Positions 47,461 to 62,477 are shown, numbered from the stretch's first letter. The stretch is DNA of 64,000 nt from Eledone cirrhosa (GCA_964016885.1 OZ024740.1:393266001-393330000); one strand, 5' to 3'. Notes: generated by a model not told the origin, from the sequence alone. Made by a program: numbers and translations.

Positions 47461-50249
47461 TTCCCTCTATATCTCTTTCAAATTTCCTCTCTCTTACTTT
47501 CTATCTTTCTCTGGAAGAAATCTGCTATACTCAGGCCTGGAGAGGGATGGGCTCTGCCAAGCTTAAAATGCCCAAGAAATGCCATATGTCAGTACAATGC
47601 CCCTATGACTATCAGGAGTTACAAGACCATACATACATACAGAAAGCATTAAACTCCTCTACAACATTTATTATCAGGGAAAGTTAAAATAATAATGAAA
47701 TAGCATAAAAATGTTAGAAATTCTTGGAAAATTTATAATAAATGAGCATAAAACACAAAGGGAAATTATTTCTCATTTACCTACTGCTACTGAAATCAAA
47801 GCTAAGCCTGAGTTTTAGGGGCCATTGGTTAATGAGAGCCTTGTATTTTTTTTTTTCTTTTTTTACTAAATAGAACAGAAAATATTTTGTTCTGAATTAA
47901 AAGAAATAATTGACAAAAACGTAAATGTTCATTTATACCAGTAATAGCCTGACCCCGAGTAACAGAAAAAAACTGTTAGAGCATTAATAATAATCAATAC
48001 AAAATGTATTGAGTCTCTTCAGCCAATCTATTTTGATTAATAGCCAATTAATTCTTTATTAGCTATCAAACTAATCAGCTTTAATAGGTCCTAAAATTGA
48101 GATATTTTAATGCACTCAAGCTATTTATTATATAAACTACAACCTGCAACAGAATGCTACAAGATAATAGGTAAGTTTCATTATCTATATGACTTAATCA
48201 ATACATCCAAAACAGCAGTAGCAGCTGAATTAGCTGACAGTATCTCAGTTCTGAAATAACAGCAAGTATAGGAGTACTTTCTCTCTTTCTTTTTTTTTTT
48301 TCAAATCTCAAGCTTATAGGGATTCACTTGATTTTTGTTGTGTTGTACTGTACATAAGACTGTATTTAGGTGGTCCAGGAGCACATCATTTTTACTATGA
48401 GAAGTGATTGCTAATCCTTGGCTCAACTCTTCACCATTTCTTGTAAAAGGATGCTGTGAATGGTGTCCCACAACACTTCTCATGGTGCAACGTAACACAT
48501 TTTGAAAGAGGGAGAGAGAAAATAAACACGTACTTCACTGGTACTTTAGTTATTGACACCAAAAGGGGGAAAGGCAAAGTTTACCTCAATTTTGAGCACA
48601 GAGAGCTGAAACAAATATCACAGGGCACTCTATTAGATGTTCTAATTCACTGTCATTCATAGTGATAAAAAAGGTTTCATGAAGTGTGTTTGAAATATGA
48701 TACAACATTAATGTAAAATGACTAAAACATCTACCGTGAAATGAAATATATACCATCTACTTTATATAACGAGAATAGAAAAGACAGAGTTTTAAAATCT
48801 CAATTAAGAATGAAAGTTATCAAAAAATCTTTTTTTCTTTTTAATGGCTTGGATGTGAGGTTGAAGTCTTTGTAAATAGACAATGAATAAATGTTGAAAA
48901 TTATGATGGGTGAGTGAGTTATATCAGGAAAGAAAGAAACATAATAAAGCAAAACATAAAAAAAGCACTAGAGCTTAAGGCACTAGTGATTGGAATGAAG
49001 CATTCAGGATTTTATTCTGTATGGTGATCAACACTCATAAATTCTGGTGAATGGAAAATTATTATAGCAATAATTAGATTCTATCCGCAATGTAGTCTAT
49101 GTAGAGCAGCACAACAGAGATAAGGGTATCAATGAGGCAGGTCCCCTAACTTTGAGTCTTGGAGATAATCATTTCATTTCACTTATGTTACTAAAATGCT
49201 CTTAGGGAAGTCAAGAATATTGAAACATCTATCCTATAAATGTGAAGCCTTCAACAGATAAAAATCATATAAATTTCTTACTTTAAATCTAGTTATTACA
49301 GAAACCATAAAACATACAATTATATATTCAGTAATTTTGTAATACAAACTATATAAAAGGATTTTTTTAAAAGAGAAGAACTGAGAAGTACTCTATCAGA
49401 TGAATTTGAATAGTGTTTATAAGATATAAATGTGTTTGATTCTCAAGTATAATATGCATTGATACTGATTTTTAACATAGGATGAGAAGTGGTGGTAAAT
49501 TAGCAGAAGTGTTAAAGCAGTATTTATTCTGGCTCTTTGCACTCTGAGTTCAAATCTCACAAGCATAAATTTTACATTTCAACCTTTTGAGTTTGGGATA
49601 TAAAATACCTGTAAAGAGTGTTGGACTGGTGTGTTCATTAGAACACTGTACAGGTTATCATGAACTATTTATTCTGCTTCTTTGCATTCTGAGTTCCAAT
49701 CCTGCTGTGGTCTACCAGCTGCCATAGGCATGTACCTTATTTAGAGTACCATCATGTATACACTTGTAGTTAACTATGGACAATAGACAGTATCTGATAT
49801 TGATCACCATATTAATGTGGTAGTGGAGTGGTATGCTTCTAGTATGTTAAGTTAGAAATGTGGGTTTGATTCCTGGTTGAGCATGTTCAATTTACATATT
49901 CCTAATATTTGTCATGTTTGTCCATATTAAAATAGCTAAGGAGATTGGTGGTCTCCATTGAGCTGACTTGTCTATGATACAGTATGATACATAACCAGAG
50001 ACAGAAACCTTTTGTCATGATCCAATGATGTATTAAATATTACAGGGTATTTTCATTGATGAAAATAAACTTGACAGATTTATATGACTAAATTAATATA
50101 CTCACTGACCTATATTTTAAAATGAATAAGTTTTTAGATAATATAACAATTAAACAAAAAGGTAGAATTTTTAAAATTTGAAATATAATTAACAGTAGAA
50201 CACTGAAATATAATTAACAGTAGAATAAAATCAACAAAAGAATTTATAC

Positions 50250-50740
50250 AAAGCCTGAATCCAACTAAATCTAAGGGTAAACCATCATCTTTCGACAAAG
50301 AAAACCTCTTCATAAATATCTCAGCAGATTCCACAATAGACTTTATCAAACAAATGTACAATAATTGTACAAGACTGAAACATCTGTTCATTGTACAAAA
50401 CACACACTTGCTTGTTAAAAGTGTGTATCACAGAAGAACCATTCCATAGGCCAACTAACAAGCTCTATCTTTAGACAGATGGAATGTTAACAGATCCTCC
50501 CATGGGACTTTTATTCACTGTATTATAGATAGAAGTGAGGAACTGAAAAACAAAGCAATTCTAACTAAAAACCCTAAAATACTTTGTAGGTATGTCAATA
50601 ACATGTCTGTTTATGTAACAAATATGAAACAATTACTTAACTAAAAAATAAAAATAAACAAATTCTATATAACAATTCTTAAATGAAATAAAGCAAATAA
50701 AAAATTTCCTGTTTTAGATTATAAGAATGTAAAAAAAACC
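50250..50740 (+). pseudogene. Decayed Penelope/Poseidon-type reverse transcriptase fragment
   Basis: SSFDKENLFINISADSTIDFI, LLKVCITEEPFHRPTNKLYL*TDGMLTDPPMGLLF and LCRYVNNM correspond to the PLE RT motifs SLDV.SLFTNVP, Q.DG..MGSPLG and RYVDD. Confidence 0.65.
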
Positions 50741-53700
50741 CTCATATATTATCAGTGTTTACATTAAAAAAGTCTCTGGGAAATTACATCTTTCAACATG
50801 TAAATATCCATTCATTTAGATTCAAAATATCAATCCCAAAATTACTTCTCAGAATAGCAGCACAGTTAATAAGCTACACTAACTAATCTGTCACTACACA
50901 CATTTCTACAGAAATTCATATAAATAATCTAGTTCTGTGTATAATACTACAATGTGACCACAACATAACTATATATGAGCCAATATATACTGTTTACTGT
51001 AAATACTATTTATAGAATAAGATTAAATTGAATGATTTACTCAAGTTTGTTGCATACTAAACAAAATTAATAAATTAAGGAATAGCTTACTGAGAAATAG
51101 GCAGTACAATTCTGCATATTAATTTCAATATATAATAGGAAAACTGACTCATGAAATAGTTACATATTTTCTTGATTGGAAATACTATGAAAAACACATT
51201 AAGTTTTGTGTTGTACTTGAATGGTGAATAATTTGATCAGGGATTGTGTGTTCAAACTAAAACAACTGCAGCATGATGGAGTCACAGTAAGGTCTTAAAA
51301 CACTCATATATGGTTATTTTAAGTTTTGCTTTATTTTCAAATAACGTTATTTGCTATCAAAATATTTTGTCATATATCTATAACATAACCACTGTATTTT
51401 ATTGCTGAATGGTTAAGAGGTCCAAGGTTTCTATTCCAATATATTGCATTGTGGTCTTTTACTAATGCCTTGAGAATGTAATTGGGTAGCCAGAAACTGA
51501 ATGGTAGTCTATTGCATAAATTGTACCTGTAATACAAAGGTCCAGTCTTGGTACACACTGTCATACTGATTCTACCTGAGTATCACATTAAAAGACACAT
51601 ATCTTTGGAATACTCAATTATTTATAAACTGATCCAAATGAGAAGGTATTCAGTTGATTGAGAAACTAGAATACTCATCTTCCAAACAGAGATACATTTA
51701 CTTACTTCACTATATTTTAGAGATACTGTTATTAGGCATCATAGAAGAGTGACTAGGTCAAGCATGTATAATGGAGGACTTTCATACCTTATGATTTGTA
51801 CTATTATTACAAATAATACCCACTTTACATTGTATGCCACAGAGCCATTCCGAGCCAATCATATAACACAACTTGCTCCAGTTTACCTGGCTCTTACACA
51901 AGGAAAGTAGTTACAACTCTGAAGTTGAAAGTTCTTCTTTATATTCAAAGGAGGGATATAACTCAACACTGCAAGCATTTGTGACCTTATTTCAATTTCA
52001 AAGTAGAATCATTTTAACTAGCATTATTTAAACACAATTCTCTTGGAACTCCACCTTCAGACATTAAACATTTGGCAGTTAACTTGACACCAGTGACTAA
52101 GACACTCCTTTCATTCAGGATAGAATAAACATAACTATTTTCAAAACAGTAATGTTAATTGTTTTTATGATATAAAGTGTTTAAGGTCTTAAAGCAGCTG
52201 TTTTACATTTGTATTTACTTTTTATAAAACATTCTCCAATTCTTCCATGAATATATTGTGAGTAACATGAAGCATACTGAGTAACATCTCAATGGTTTCA
52301 AAGAAACCTTTGAGAGCCTGTGTTTTAGAGCACTTAGCAACAAATAAATGTTTCTGTACATGGACACACTGCCAACCTATCACAAGAAAAATTCCATGAT
52401 AAGAGAGACTGATAGAAATCTGGCTGCTGTTTTTAGCATTATGCTCATGTCATGTCATGGTAAGTAACTGAGTCTTTGGAACACCTCTTTCTTTTTCTTA
52501 TCTCCTTGGAAAGAGTATAAGAGGAGTCAGGTATAGTGTGCAAGAATAAAGATTGCACTGGAAGACATGTAAAGTGTATTGATGAAGATTGTGGGGTGAA
52601 GAAATACAAGGAGTTTTAAATGGAAGAAAGATGGGCTAGAGGTTGGCCAAGGAAGGTCTTAGCAGAGGTGGAGAAAGCAGAAATCAGAATAACAAAGGAG
52701 ATGAGACAAGTAGAGGGAAGTTGTGCTTGAGAGAACATGGACATAAATGATAATGATGATGATAGTTTAAAATTATATATATTTAGGCACATTTGTATCC
52801 ATGTTTAGATAGCTTTGTGTGGAATCTCAGGCTATGTTACTGTATATTTTGCATATATTTTATTACATTTATTATATGTACATTTCTATTTACTTCTTGT
52901 ATAATCACAAGGTATCCACTATTTGTCTTCAATTTTTTTACCTCATATAGTTTTATATTTTATACCCTGCTGTGTCACTTATTTTATTGTATGTTTCTGA
53001 CTATACTTTAATTTAATTTATGTTTAATTCATATTCATGTGTCACCTTCATATGTTTACTTTAAGTTACCCTGTGTCAGCCTCCACTATTTAATTATTTA
53101 CAGCACTCACTAATAGCTTCTTATTGGTTAGACACATTGGTCCGGAGATCTTGATCAGTTTCACTGCTGTCTACTGCAAGGAAACATTCCTACTGTCCAC
53201 AACTCACCCCAAACATTCCCTTTAAATTGAAATATTACACTGACATTACATTTAGTGAGTGCATGAATCTCCTAGGCTGTGTCTATGGACAGGTGGATGA
53301 ACTCCATTGAGCTATAGTTAAATGTGGACCTCATGAAGAAGGGCTCATACACATTATAGCAGTTTATAGCCCAGTTAAACTTTAACTTTAAAACAACTAG
53401 TTTATATACTTTATTTTCTAGCTAACCTATAGCGTTATCTATTTTAATTATATCCATTCAATTTAATTTATTGTAAGTTTTCTTCTTGATTTTAGTTATA
53501 GTATTCCAACCCCTCATTCACAGTTATCCCCTCCTCACCCATATAACCTTAATGGTTGGTAGTGTTGCAGACGAAGTTGACCACTGGGGTGGGAGGAGAT
53601 ATCTGTCAAAACAGTGGAAGTGTCATGAGACAGGGGCAGACCAACACTTCCGCCATAGTGTTAGGGGTCATAAAGGGGCTGGCGGACATAGAAACCACAT

Positions 53701-53834
53701 CAACACATACACCTGGTCCCTTGTATCATAAAAAGAAAATTTTCTAAGAGAATCTTTTGAAAATTGTTTGGAGAACATTTTTTGATAATTTTAAAGATTT
53801 TTAAGTTGTGTGAAATTGTTTAAAGATTTTTATA

Positions 53835-54080
53835 ACATCTGATGAGCTTAAGCTAGTGGTATGGGTAGGAAGAAAACCTCCTAACTGACAACTTCAGCAA
53901 AATATGTATCATAGAGATGAAAATAAACCTGAATACAACTGTATATGGCCTTCGATCTGTTTAATATGCTATAATGCTCTGGCTTGCACCATTTATACAT
54001 GCTGTTGAGCCCTTCATTTTATCTGCATCACAACCAGCTGACTAAAATGTAGTTTGCATATTCCTGGTTGGTTAGTCCCA
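53835..54080 (+). mobile_element. Old PLE-like 3' end with decayed hammerhead
   Basis: CTGATGA-GCT...AGC-AAAA-T-ATGT-ATC (GAAA mutated, stem I poor), then AATAAA and a tail ending at (TA)n. Confidence 0.4.
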
Positions 54081-55356
54081 TACATATATATATATATATA
54101 TATATGTATGGGAGAGAGTGGGAGAAAAGAAAGAGCGATATCCTATTTACTTGCTGGATGGAACTTTATGAAAAAAAGATTTCTATATACAATATGTGTT
54201 TGTTATTCCTACCTCCTTACACCCTGTATAATGTTTGTGCAGTTGTTTCTGGGATCTTTCACAAAGATCAATTGTCAAATAGACTTATAGCATTTCCTTG
54301 TCATATAAATCTTTCTCCATCTGTCACATTTTCTTTTTTTTTTCTTCTTAAGAACATTTAACTTAACATTCTCAATTATATTAATGTTGACAGCATGCCT
54401 TATTCATCAACTTGTATGAGAACAAAATTCAATATCTACTATACTATACCACAGCAATGTATTGTTGTCTCTTCTTCCTTAACTATTTTACTTGCAGATG
54501 ATAAGTAGACAAATAGATAATACCTTGACCAGATCACAATTAATAGAAAATTGGTAAAAGTTTTCGATCAGTGAACAAAATGCCTTGTATTTTTTATTTT
54601 GGCTCTTTGCATTTTAAGTTCAAATTCCAGCAAGATCAACTTTGCCTGTTGGCAAAGAAAGACTAGCAGAACTGAATAAAATGCTCTGAGAAAATTGCTC
54701 TAATTCTTTGTGTCTTAAATTTCAAATTTCGCCATGACTTGCTTGGGTGCTAGACTTAATACATCACCAGTTAAGAAAGCAAAAAATGTTCATGGACACT
54801 ATATTTTCCCCTGACTAAGTGCCCCACCCCCAAAAATTCTGCACTAGTGACTTCATTCACCAATGCCCACATCCTATGAGGTGAAATGACTAAACAACTT
54901 TTCAAAGAGAACATACTAAAACAGTTAAAACTATGAGGTGTAACACAACTGGTACATCACTGGAAATGGTGGAGCGTAATACAATATTTAATTTTTGTTT
55001 TTCTTTGTTCATTGTTTGGTATGATAACATAAAGTGTACTAGTCATGTATATTGTGCCAATGTGAAAAACCATTATCAAAATTATTAGAATAAGTTTCAG
55101 GGTTGAAGCATCTGAAGGAGAGAGAGAGAGAGATTGGTAACTATTTGAAGCACTATGTTATGCTTCTTTACTACACTCTATTGCATCACATTACACTTCT
55201 GCAATAGACTACACTTCTGTGACACTATGAGTCAATGAAGGAGCTTCTACATGGCTACTCACTGTTAGAAATAGCTTCATATTCCATCCTGTTGTCCTAA
55301 TAAAGGAGAGACATGTTGGATAAAATCCTAGGCACAATATGTCAAACAAATAGAAT

Positions 55357-57836
55357 TCATCATTATCAACGTTTTACGTCCGTTCTTCCACGCTAGCATG
55401 GGTTAGACGGGTTGTCCTGTTGTGGGCAGTGTCTAGTCGGCTGACCATGCCTTGCTCATACAGGAACTGATTTGGCTTGATTTCTACAGCTGGATGCCCT
55501 TCCTAACACCAACCTCATTTACAGTGAGTGCTGGGTGCTTTTTCGTGGCGCCTACACGTCCACTTTACAGTGTGGGCTGGGTGCTTATTTGCCATGGCAC
55601 CTCCACGACCACCTTGCGGTGGGGGGGGGGGGGCATATTGTCTATATGCTTCAGCTTGTACCCATGGGAGGTCGGGTACTCTGTATTACTGCGTGACGCC
55701 AGAGGTCACGGTCGTGTGTCATTGCCTTTGAGAGGTGTAGTTGGGTAAGGTTGGCTTTTATCACCTCATCCCAGGTCATCTTGGGTCTCCCCACTCCGCG
55801 GTTTCCATCAACTTCTAGTGCTCTGCACCTTTTTATGCAGCAGTCATCCTTCATACGCATCACATGCACATACCAGCGCAACCGCCTCTCCTGCACACAG
55901 CATTTGATTCCACTTATGCTCAGTCTCTCTCTCAATTCATTTATGCTTTGTCGTTCACGTATATTACTGTTACACATCCATTGGAGCATGCAGGCTTTGT
56001 TTCTTTCTAATCTACGTAAGTCTTCCACCTTCAGCGCCCAGGTCTCACTACCATGCAACATTGCTGTTCGGATACACGCATCATACAGTCTGCCTTTCAT
56101 TCTGAGGGAGAAGCCTTTTGCAGCTAGCAGTGGTAGTAGTTCCCTAAACTTCTTCCATCCCGTTCTTACCCTAGTTATTGTACTTTCTGAACACCTACCT
56201 CCGCTGCTAATTCAGTCACCTAGGTAGCAGAAGCTGTCTACTGTTTCTACAGAGCCCTCCCAGAGATTGGTGGTACTTGTTTCCTGTGGCTGTTTGCTGC
56301 TTGCTGTCTCAGCACAGCTGCTGCATGTGAAGCCTACATTCTTAATTAAGCTTCCTGAGATCCCGCTACATCTCTTGTGTACCCATTGTTTGCATTTGGG
56401 GCAGAGAATGGAGTTCCTACCTACACCTTTCCTACATACTGAGCAAGGCCATTTCTCTGAGGGGATCTGGGTTCTGTTTTCTAGTCTACTTACAAGGACC
56501 TTAGTCTTTGTCATGTTGACTTTGAGACCCTTTCTTTCTAGTCCCTGCTTCCAAGTTTGGAATTTATTCTCTAGTTCTACCATAGATTCAGCTATGAGTG
56601 CGAGGTCATCAGCATACAGGAGTTCCCATGGGCATCCGGTCTTAAACTCCTCCGTTATTGCCTGCAGGACTATGATGAACAGGAGGGGGCTAAGAACAGA
56701 GCCCTGGTGGACCCCAACCTGTACGCTAAATTCCTCGCTATACTCATTGCTAATCCTAACTTTGCTGACTGCTCCCCTATACATGGCTTGTACCGCTTTA
56801 ACAAGCCATTCATCTACTCCTAGTTTTCTAAGAGCCCACCAGATTACAGTACGTGGAACTCTGTCAAAGGCTTTCTCAAGGTCGACAAATGCCAAGTAGA
56901 GTGGCTTACTTTTAGCTAGGTACTTTTGCTGTAACTGCCTCACAAGGAATAGGGTATCAGTGGTGCCTCTTCCTGGTACAAACCCAAATTGCATCTCGTC
57001 TATTTTCACCCGGTCCCTAATCAGCTGTGCTATAACTCTTTCTGTTACTTTCATGACCTGGTCCATCAACTTTATACCTCTATAGTTTCCTCTATCTAGT
57101 GCATCGCCTTTACCTTTGTAGCAGTTGACAATGATGCTACTGCACCAATCTTTTGGTATGACACCTTCTAGTATTACCTGGTTAACAATACGTGTGGTTA
57201 TAGTGTGACCTACAGACCCAGATGCCTTCAGCATCTCGGCAGCTATATCCGATGGACCGGTTGCCTTCCCCATCTTCATATCTTTGATTGCCTTACTTAC
57301 TACGTTGCTGCTAACTTGTACTGCTGGCCCCTCTATAGGGTCTACTTGGGGTAGGGTCTCTTCTTCCCATGCATTCTCCTCATTTAGTAATCTATCATAA
57401 TGACTCTTCCATGCATCTTTCTTCTCAGCACTTGTGAGGGCAAGCTCACCTTTATCATTCCGGATACACTTCTCTCCAATGACATCACAACTATCTCTGA
57501 CACACTGCCTCACAATCTTGAATACCTCCTGTTTCTGGTCCTCACATTGCAAAACATGCTTGAATTTTCTATCCTCTGCTTCCCTCCTAGCTAAGTATAC
57601 TTGTCACCTAGCTTCCCTCTTGGTCTCTATGTAATGTACCCTGCTCCCCCCGTTCTTCCATTCTTTCCATGCCTGTCTCTTGGCCTTAACTGCTTCATCT
57701 ACCTTATTGTTCCACCACCAAGTCACTCTCCTCCTGCTTGAGGTCTTACTCCAGCCACAGACCTCATCCGTCGCCTCTAGTAAATTATTTTTTAGGAACT
57801 CCCAGTTCTCTTCTACATTAAATGTCTCTATCTGTT
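55357..57836 (-). mobile_element. RTE-clade LINE family B, 5'-truncated
   Basis: ORFs 56212-57552 (complete RT core and PHD-type finger) and 55651-56100, with in-frame stops. Clearly related to family A but with a distinct 3' UTR. Confidence 0.95.
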
Positions 57837-58594
57837 CTTATGCTTAATTATGCTATATTATTCTAATATATGCTGTTCTTATGCTTAATTATGCTATATC
57901 ATTCTAAACAATATTGCACTATATCTGAAGATTGCTACATCTCAATATTTCATCTATATCTAGAAAACTGTTTACAACAAAATAAAACAAATTTGAATTA
58001 TACAGCTTTTCTACTGAGTGACACCTTATCCATCAGACAACAAATATCCTTAGGCACTTCTTACAAATATTACATGTACCTATTCTGACTGTCATGTCTT
58101 GGGAATTTACCACTTTTTCTATGCATACAGTAGCTGTCAGCACTCATTATGGGTTATTAAATATAATAATTCTGACCGAAAGGATATAAAGAGAAAGAAA
58201 AAATAAGCCAAAAGTGAGGTGTGTTACTTTATGGTAAATAGAAGAGGAAATATGTAATATTTTCGTTAGTATACTTCATTTTCTAACGAGGAAATATCAG
58301 AGAATGAAAGGTTCTGCACTTTCCTGCTTGAAATATTAGATATTCCTTATCTTTAAAATAAACTGACACACACACACATTATATATGTGTGTGTGTGTGT
58401 CAGTATAATAGGCTATATATGAAATGAAGGAATTCGCAATGTAGGTGGATCGTTAAATCAAGGATTGCATGCAATGTTTGATGATTGATTTAAAGGAAAT
58501 GAAAGAGATGGAGAGAGAAAAGAAGAGAAATATAAACAGACAAACAAACTGTGTATGGCCAGAAGCAGAAAAAGTTAGAACTGGAGTGTTTTAA

Positions 58595-58788
58595 CCCTTT
58601 AGCATTTACATTACTCTATATTTACTATTATATCTTAATAGTAAAGGATTTACCTCACATAATATGGGATCTATAAGATTTTGATATTATTTATTTTTAA
58701 ATAAGTATGAGCGGCTGGTTTCAGCCAGTTTGAACAGAAAGAGGTGAGAGAATTCTGGCCAGATATGGCCGGGTTGAATGATAAAGGG
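58595..58788. mobile_element. piggyBac-type MITE (family 1)
   Basis: TTAA-CCCTTTAGCATTTA ... TGAATGATAAAGGG-TTAA. Colinear with 20149-20364. Confidence 0.8.
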
Positions 58789-60317
58789 TTAAGTAGAGTT
58801 CTGGTGCAGTCAGTAAGTTCCAATGAGAAGAGTCTGCTAAAAGTAAGGAAGAAGATGTATCCCACTTATTTAAGATTTTTGTTACCATATTTCTAATGAA
58901 TAACAAAGTTTCAAATAATTTTGAAAATAGTTAAGAATTTGTAGGGATTTTGAAAAATAACTATCTCAATATAAAGCTGGTGTTCAGAATAGACTTCACA
59001 AAAAATTATGATGGAAAGTTTTTAAAACAGTTTTTAACCATAGAGCCAAGAGTTGTTTCTGGCAGTTTGGTATCAAAAGTGTTAACCTTAATCTCAAATG
59101 CCAACACATTAGATTGCAAGGTGATAGCAATGACAAAAGTGAAGTTGCACTGGGAGGTAGCACAAACAAACCCTGGAGCAAGAAGTTTGTAGGGTCTAAT
59201 GGCAAGCATTATATTGGTTCAGCCTGATCCCCCATGCATTTGTTAGTTTCAAGTTGGGGACTGTACCAAACAAAGACTGCTATAGTTCAGCCATACCAAA
59301 GATGATAATAACAAAATCATAGAAACTTACTGTATATACTCGTATATAAGACTTATATCAACATATACACGAGGTTTGGATTTTTGCCCATTTTTCAGAC
59401 ATACAATGAAGGTGGGAGTGGGGGAAGTTATATTCAAGTGAAAATGTTAAGTTTATCTCACGGGGAAGGACATATAACTGTGAATCATGAAGCACCAAAA
59501 GAAGAAAGAAAATAGCCCTGCCTAAAAACTGACACAGCAAAGCAATAGGCCAGAGACTTTAATTTTTCAGAGAACACAGATGCCTGAGTCATTTAAGGCT
59601 CCTGACAATTGACAGAGAAGTTACAGCTTTGTATCATGTTACTGGCTTAACATTTTTGCTAGCATATTTCTTAATGAAATACATTGCCTATATGCTTCAA
59701 TTAATTTTGAAAGTAATAAAGAATTTGAAGGAATTTAGTATATTAAACTATGTTCAGAGCATTAATTACTTAACAAAAAGTTTTTAGATAGAGTGAAAAT
59801 GAACACTTAAAAAAAAATCAATAAAAGCAGGGGCAGTTTTGGGCAGGTTCGTGGTATTTTTGTTGTACATAATACTGGTTCAATTTACAAATCCTGTGAA
59901 TATCTTTCACTAATACCTCTACACACATGCACATTTAATGAGTGGTTCATTAACAAGCAGTGCTGGTTACCACTCCATATGTGGGTGTAGCTGCAAAAAG
60001 GAAAGTGCTTTGCCAAGCTCTCTGGCTTTAGATATACTAAACAATGATGATGATGCTAAAGTCTTCAGTGTTGCTCATTTCAACAGAATGATGTCAATCC
60101 ACCACCTTGGGCTTATACTTTATTTATCACTCCTGTAAGGTTGACCTTGGTAAGATTTAAACTCAGAGCACAGATGGCTTGAACAGTTTTAAGTGTGTTT
60201 GATTTGATGAGAGAAAAAAATGGACACAGTATAAAGACTGTAGTTTGTTCATTCATTCAAAATGACATTGTCATTCTCTCTCTACTCTAAGTTTCTTATT
60301 TCTTCATGCTCTTAGAG

Positions 60318-60464
60318 AAGTCATGGGCAAACTGCAGCAAGTTTGGCTTTCTGAATGGCACACCTAATTTCAAAATTGCCTTGACCTTTTTAGTAGTACG
60401 GCTTGCCTTATGAAGAGCCACATCCTATGTGGCTCACTGCTTGGAAAAGGTTGGCCCATGCCTG
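60318..60464. mobile_element. hAT (Charlie-like) MITE
   Basis: Perfect 8-bp TSD TCTTAGAG at 60310-60317 and 60465-60472. TIR cores CATGGGC / GCCCATG. Confidence 0.7.
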
Positions 60465-60579
60465 TCTTAGAGGCAATTTGTGGTAGATTCAGATTTTTGA
60501 TGGCCATTAAATCTTTGTTCATTTGTTTGACTTATGGTTATGGGTCAGTTATCTAGGTGAAAATTACAGCTATACTTAA

Positions 60580-60799
60580 CCTTTTTTGATACCAACCTGC
60601 TCACAGCTGGCTCTAGTTCTATGAAATAAAACCACCCAATTTGAAAGGGTTCCTATTTAAATTAGAATCTTCCAACATAATTTTATATGAGAGTTATATG
60701 TTGAATTCCTATATTAGCAAGGAAATAAAATAAATTAAATAAATTGTTCAAAATTATTCATTAATTGGTTGAAATATAGAAATATGGTAATGAAAAGGG
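60580..60799. mobile_element. piggyBac-type MITE (family 2)
   Basis: TTAA-CCTTTTTTGATACCAACC ... AATGAAAAGGG-TTAA. Confidence 0.68.
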
Positions 60800-61344
60800 T
60801 TAACTATAGTTGAAAAGGATGGTCTTGCAGTATCCTGTTCTTTTCTTACATATGATTATCTATTAGTAGTCTGCTCCCACTTGGTTATATGTGGTAGTCC
60901 AACAGCAATCTGTTCCCTCATGGTCACATGGTGTTTCAGTAGTAGTCTGTTCCCTTCTGGTCACATGTGGTGTTCCATTAGCAACAGACCTGCCACCAGA
61001 CTTTGTGGCTCAGTGGGGCTTCAGAATATTCAGGGTGGGTACTCTAATTTGCTATAATTCTAAGGCAGAGTTTCAGAATAAGAATATCACTGTAAAAATT
61101 TCTAAATCTGAAGATGTGCAATTGAAAATTACAGGGGCAGTGCCATCCAGTGCTCTCCAGCCCACTTTGACAATCTGTTCCCCACATCACGTGGTTCAGT
61201 TGCAGTATGTTTCCCACCACATGTAGAATTTTATTCCATTTGTAATTGCAAAATTTATTTTTTTCAAAAGATTGGTAAATTATTGGGAGAGTGTAACAGT
61301 TTTATGAAGAACAACTGCTATAGTTCTCTGTATTATTAGTAAGC

Positions 61345-61535
61345 ACCGGACATTATGCTTAGTGGCATAGAGTTATGGCCCTTTATGTTCTGAGTTCAAA
61401 TCTCGCTGAGGTTATCTTTATCTTTCATCTTTACAGGGTTGATAAAATAAAGTACCAGTAATGCAGTGGTGTCGATTTAATCGACTTTCCCCTCTCCCCA
61501 AATTGCTGGCTTTGTGCCTATTGTACAGATCATTA
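61345..61535 (+). mobile_element. Meta-like SINE (long-tail subfamily)
   Basis: B box GAGTTCAAATC, core GATAAAATAAAGTACCAG, tail AATTGCTGGCTTTGTGCC. Confidence 0.75.
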
Positions 61536-62446
61536 TTAGTAGTATTGCTATTTTCCCGCAGAGACCATTGATAGATTTCTCTGATTCTACTCTTTTACTG
61601 TGTAGCAGTAGTTTAGCACCATCCCATTTTTTTGTTATAAGCATCTAGAATTATATTATCCAATGTGTCCAATTTAAAAAAAAGAATAGTAAGTATTGAC
61701 TTGAAGAATATTTGGATATTGTTTCTAATAGGTTGAGCTACCAGATACAAGTTCATTTGGGTATTGCTGCAAAGGGTGGTTTCGGGGGTAAAATATTTTA
61801 CAATTTTATGCCTCAATAGTGAAAGTTTTACTGGAATTATATTAGCTTTTTCAACAAGGTTAACTGAGGCAAATAGTATAAAAAAATTGCTAGTATACAA
61901 GAGACTACTGTAGGGAAAGCTTGTTTGTTTGTTTTTGTCTTCAGCAGCCCAGCATCATTATCAAACACAAACCCACCCAACCAGCAACAACACTTAATAT
62001 TTCACAACATAAATATATTGGTTGACAGCCCTTCAACAAGGGATCAAGAAAAAAAAAAAAAAAAAAAAAAATAGAAAAAGTAGCAGAGAAAAATAAAAGG
62101 GGACATAACAGCAGCAGTAGCAGCAACAACAACAATATAACAACAACACAAAGACAAAAGTGTTGCCTATTTTGAATGGTAGAGCGCAATAGTTTAGATA
62201 TTGGAAACATTTTAAAAGTACATGTTCCAAGTGTTTTGGACATTATATCCACCAAAGCTCCAAGCAAAACACACCATCAGGCAAATCTCTAATGGTTTTA
62301 TGTTCATAATTTACGAGAGGAATTTAAGATAAACACACACACACATATATATATAGAAAAAGTGAAAAGAAAAGCAAACATAATCACAAACACACATATA
62401 CATATATATATACACACACACATGTATATATATATATATATATATG

Positions 62447-62477
<31 letters not shown>

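Noticed and set aside
53590-53735. Frameshifted remnant resembling an RLE endonuclease end (SKQWK...IVLGVIKG...HIN)
   Set aside because: Too degraded to call without a profile search.
56267-56899. Antisense ORFs over RTE copies (also 41499-43628 and 18496-18996)
   Set aside because: Shadow frames of RT coding sequence with no independent motifs.
58361-58404. Short palindrome ACTGA(CA)n-TA-(TG)nTCAGT
   Set aside because: Mostly complementary microsatellites, with only about 5 bp of unique pairing and no ribozyme motif.
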